Shown: one piece after another, positions 61,167 to 64,000 of the stretch
Position numbering within the stretch: the first letter of the stretch is position 1
Layout: every line of letters starts with the position of its first letter
The notes under the pieces: model-generated
Database searches by the model: none
Told to the model about the DNA's origin: nothing
The model's input: the letters and a program-made list of their open reading frames with translations, nothing else
Program-made: the position numbers and the translations under genes
DNA from: Vicinamibacteria bacterium
GTDB lineage: Bacteria; Acidobacteriota; Vicinamibacteria; Marinacidobacterales; Marinacidobacteraceae
DNA length: 64,000 nt
Assembly: GCA_963422395.1 (NCBI GenBank)
Contig: OY729431.1
Location: 480,001-544,000, forward strand
Direction: 5' to 3'

Positions 61167-63479
61167 TCAAGGCGCCGCGGCGGAGGCGGCTCGGCGCCTG
61201 GCCGGCGGTGACCCTTTCTTCCGGGAGGCTGCCTTCTTCTTCGTCTTCTTCGCTGCCTTCTTCTTCGTCTTGCCCGGTTCGGGCTCGATGTAGCGGCACC
61301 GGGGGAAGCCGCCGCAGCCGACGAACGGCCCCCGGCGGCCCTGTCGACGCACGAGCTGCCGATCGCACTCGGGGCACTTCCTGTCCACGGGTTCCGGCGC
61401 GGCGCGCCGCACCAGGCTTCCGTTCCGGACATTGAGGATCGTTTTGCAGTCGGGGTACCGGGTACAGCCGAGGAAGGAGCCGAAGCGGCCCCGTTTTTCC
61501 GCCAGCGGAGCCCCGCACTCGGGACAGGGGGGCGCTTCGTCCCCGCCGGACTCTTCGGCCCCTTCGTCGAGCGAACGGCTGCCCCGGCATTCGGGGAACC
61601 CCAGACAACCGAGGAACTTCTCGCCTCCCGACCAGCGAAGAACGAGACCGCGATCACACTCTTCGCAGGTTTCGGCGGTCGGCAGTCCTTTCACCCGCGG
61701 CATCTCGAGCACCGCGCGCTCGAGGTCGCTGGCGAACGGGCGGTAGAAGGTTTCCAGGGTGCCTTCGAAGTCCGCCGCTCCCTGTTCGATCCGGTCCAGA
61801 TTCTCCTCCATCGCCGCGGTGTAGCGGACATCGAAGAGTGCGTCGAAGCTGGTCGAAAGCAGATCGCTGACCAACATCCCCACCGGGGTGGGGACGAAGA
61901 CCCGCTTCTTCGTGCGGACATATTCCCGATCCTTGATCTTGCGCAGGATCGGCACATAGGTACTGGGCCGGCCGATGCCGTTCTGTTCCAGCTTGCGGAT
62001 CAGTCCCGCTTCGCTGTAGCGCTTCGGCGGCGCAGTGAAGTGCTGCACGGGAACGATCCGCTCCTTCTCGAGCGGCTGGCCGCGCTGAAGCGGGGGCAGG
62101 AGCGTCTTGGAGTCCGTTCCCTCGGAAGGAGTGCCGGGATCCTCGGCGGTCTCCCGATAGAGCACGCGGTACCCGGGTTTCGCCAGCACCGAACCGCTGG
62201 CGTTCAGCCGATCCGGCGCCCGCCCGAAGCCCGGGATATCCGGCACCTCTCCTCCGGGAGGCTCGGCCCGGATCGCTACCCGGGTGTCTTGCCAAACCGC
62301 CGGAGTCATCTGGGAGGCGACGAACCGCTCCCAGATCATCCGGTAGAGCTTCCGCTGATCCTCGTTCAGATGCGCCGCTATCTGCGCCGGGTTGCGGGCG
62401 ATCGAAGTGGGCCGAATAGCCTCGTGGGCATCCTGTGCCGCCTTCTGCTTGCGGAACCGATTGGGCTTCTCCGGAAGGAATTCGGGGCCGAACTGCTCCG
62501 AGATCAGAGCGCGCACTTCCTGGAGCGCCGCTTCCGAGACCCTGGTGGAGTCGGTGCGGAGGTAGGTGATGAGACCCACCCGGTCGCCCGAGCCGAGATC
62601 GACTCCCTCGTAGAGCACCTGGGCGGTCCGCATGGTGCGGGCGGCCGGAAAACGGAAGGCGGAAGCCGCCTGCCGCTGCATGGTGCTCGTGATGAAGGGA
62701 GGCGGCGCCTTCTCCCGGCGCTCCTTGGATTCCACCTCGAGAACCTCGAATCGGCATTCCTCGAGGTGGCGCGTGATGGCCTGGGCGGGCGCCTCCTCCC
62801 GGAGCGCCGGTTTTCGGGGGAGCGCCTTCGGCCGGTCGGCGGTCGCCCGAATTTTTTCGCCGTCTTCGGTCAGCAACCGGGCATCGATCGTCCAGTACTC
62901 CTCGACGGTAAAAGCGCGGACCTCACGCTCCTTGGCGCAGATCAGATGCAGCGCTACCGACTGCACCCTTCCTGCGGAAAGCCGCGGAGCGACCTTGCGC
63001 CACAAGATCGACGAGATCTTGTACCCCACGATCCGGTCCAGCACCCGGCGAGTCTGCTGAGCCTTCACCTTGTTCCCATCGATTTCTCCGGCGTTCTCGA
63101 TGGCGGCCCGTACCGCCGGTGGAGTGATCTCGTGGAAGACGATCCGTTCGATCGGAACTCGCCGGCTATCCCCGAGCGCACTCGAAAACTCTTCGGCGAG
63201 GTCGTGGCTGATCGCCTCGCCCTCGCGGTCCGGGTCGGTCGCCAGGTAGATTCGCGACGCCTTCCGGGCCGCGCGCTTCAGCGTTTCGAGGATCTTCGCC
63301 CGGTCGGGTACGACCTCGAACTGCGGACGGAACCCGTTCTCGATGTCCACCGAGAGGCCCCGATGCGGGAGGTCCCGCACATGGCCGCCCGACGCCATCA
63401 CCCGATAACTGCGCCCGAGGAATCGTTCGATGGTCTTCGCCTTGGCGGCGGATTCGACGACGATGAGAGCGGGATCCAT
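61167..63479 (-). CDS. topA: DNA topoisomerase I (type IA) with zinc ribbons and Lys-rich tail
   Basis: VES.AKAKTI, GHVRDL, DPDREGEAI, SAGRVQS, ITYLRTDS, AHEAIRP, GIGRPSTY, three Cys4 ribbons. Confidence 0.97.
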   Translation of the reverse strand: MDPALIVVESAAKAKTIERFLGRSYRVMASGGHVRDLPHRGLSVDIENGFRPQFEVVPDRAKILETLKRAARKASRIYLATDPDREGEAISHDLAEEFSSALGDSRRVPIERIVFHEITPPAVRAAIENAGEIDGNKVKAQQTRRVLDRIVGYKISSILWRKVAPRLSAGRVQSVALHLICAKEREVRAFTVEEYWTIDARLLTEDGEKIRATADRPKALPRKPALREEAPAQAITRHLEECRFEVLEVESKERREKAPPPFITSTMQRQAASAFRFPAARTMRTAQVLYEGVDLGSGDRVGLITYLRTDSTRVSEAALQEVRALISEQFGPEFLPEKPNRFRKQKAAQDAHEAIRPTSIARNPAQIAAHLNEDQRKLYRMIWERFVASQMTPAVWQDTRVAIRAEPPGGEVPDIPGFGRAPDRLNASGSVLAKPGYRVLYRETAEDPGTPSEGTDSKTLLPPLQRGQPLEKERIVPVQHFTAPPKRYSEAGLIRKLEQNGIGRPSTYVPILRKIKDREYVRTKKRVFVPTPVGMLVSDLLSTSFDALFDVRYTAAMEENLDRIEQGAADFEGTLETFYRPFASDLERAVLEMPRVKGLPTAETCEECDRGLVLRWSGGEKFLGCLGFPECRGSRSLDEGAEESGGDEAPPCPECGAPLAEKRGRFGSFLGCTRYPDCKTILNVRNGSLVRRAAPEPVDRKCPECDRQLVRRQGRRGPFVGCGGFPRCRYIEPEPGKTKKKAAKKTKKKAASRKKGSPPARRRAASAAAP

Positions 63480-63533
63480 GGAGGTTCGGGGTCCGGGAGG
63501 CGGCGGGGGCAGTGTAACGACGCCCATCGCGTT

Positions 63534-64000
63534 TCAGCCGGATGCTTTCATGAAGTCTCCGGGGAAGCGCCGCACCAGCCCCCGCCGCTCGAGTTCGGAG
63601 ACCGCGGCGAGCGCGGCTTCGACCGGGAGCCCGCAACCGGACAGCAGTTCGTCGAGATCCGCCCCGGAGGGGAAGGCGCGGAGAACGCGCAGGAGCTGGG
63701 CGGCATCGGCGCCTGATGGCGGAATCGGTTCGTTCCCGACTGCTGCCGGGCGCGGGTCCGGATCGAGAGGCCTCGCCGGAGCCGGCGAGGAGGCGGGGAT
63801 CCCGAGATCTTCGAGGAGGTGCCGGACCGAGCCTACGAGTGCGGCGCCCTCCCGGATCAGAGCGTGACAGCCGGCGCTGGTCTCCGAGTGGATCGGACCG
63901 GGCACGGCGAACACTTCCCGGCCGGAATCCACGGCGTGGCGGGCGGTGGATAGCGAGCCGCTGCGCTCGGCGGCCTCCACGACCACGGTCCCGATCGTCA
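63534..64000 (-). CDS. dprA: DNA-processing protein DprA (5' end lies outside the window)
   Basis: VVVEAAERSGSLSTA, GREVFAVPG, GCHALIREGA, C-terminal winged helix; canonical dprA-topA-xerC order. Confidence 0.93.
   Translation of the reverse strand, partial: TIGTVVVEAAERSGSLSTARHAVDSGREVFAVPGPIHSETSAGCHALIREGAALVGSVRHLLEDLGIPASSPAPARPLDPDPRPAAVGNEPIPPSGADAAQLLRVLRAFPSGADLDELLSGCGLPVEAALAAVSELERRGLVRRFPGDFMKASG

Overview
High-GC bacterial chromosome segment. The futalosine menaquinone pathway, VPS10-type hydrolase and ankyrin N-cap style suggest an Acidobacteriota-like, possibly host-associated organism (inference only). Most of the window is housekeeping or metabolic: ftsH-tilS-CNNM/hlyC; mqnP-ubiX-mqnE-mqnA-mqnC; a Liv-type ABC transporter; yebC-ruvC-ruvA-(membrane MutS-like)-ruvB-queA-ridA; a liu/atu-type acyl-CoA carboxylase cluster; asparaginase; DmpA peptidase; flavoprotein plus HpnD/CrtB; tenA; DASS transporter; larB; glycosyltransferases; serS; pncA-pncB; xerC-topA-dprA. 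Unusual elements: (1) a ~7.4 kb gene with ~70 near-identical 102-bp (34-aa) ankyrin repeats built from a small set of variants in higher-order blocks, cut off from its signal peptide by a 17-bp insertion and lying beside a truncated IS1182-like element; (2) a tandem pair of 185-bp highly structured elements directly upstream of the pncA-pncB NAD-salvage pair; (3) a membrane-anchored MutS ATPase translationally coupled between ruvA and ruvB; (4) a bipolar histone-H1/Hc2-like protein; (5) a stand-alone SbnI/SerK-like kinase divergent from an amino-acid ABC transporter; (6) a frameshifted orphan DNA methyltransferase. No rRNA, tRNA or CRISPR array was seen.
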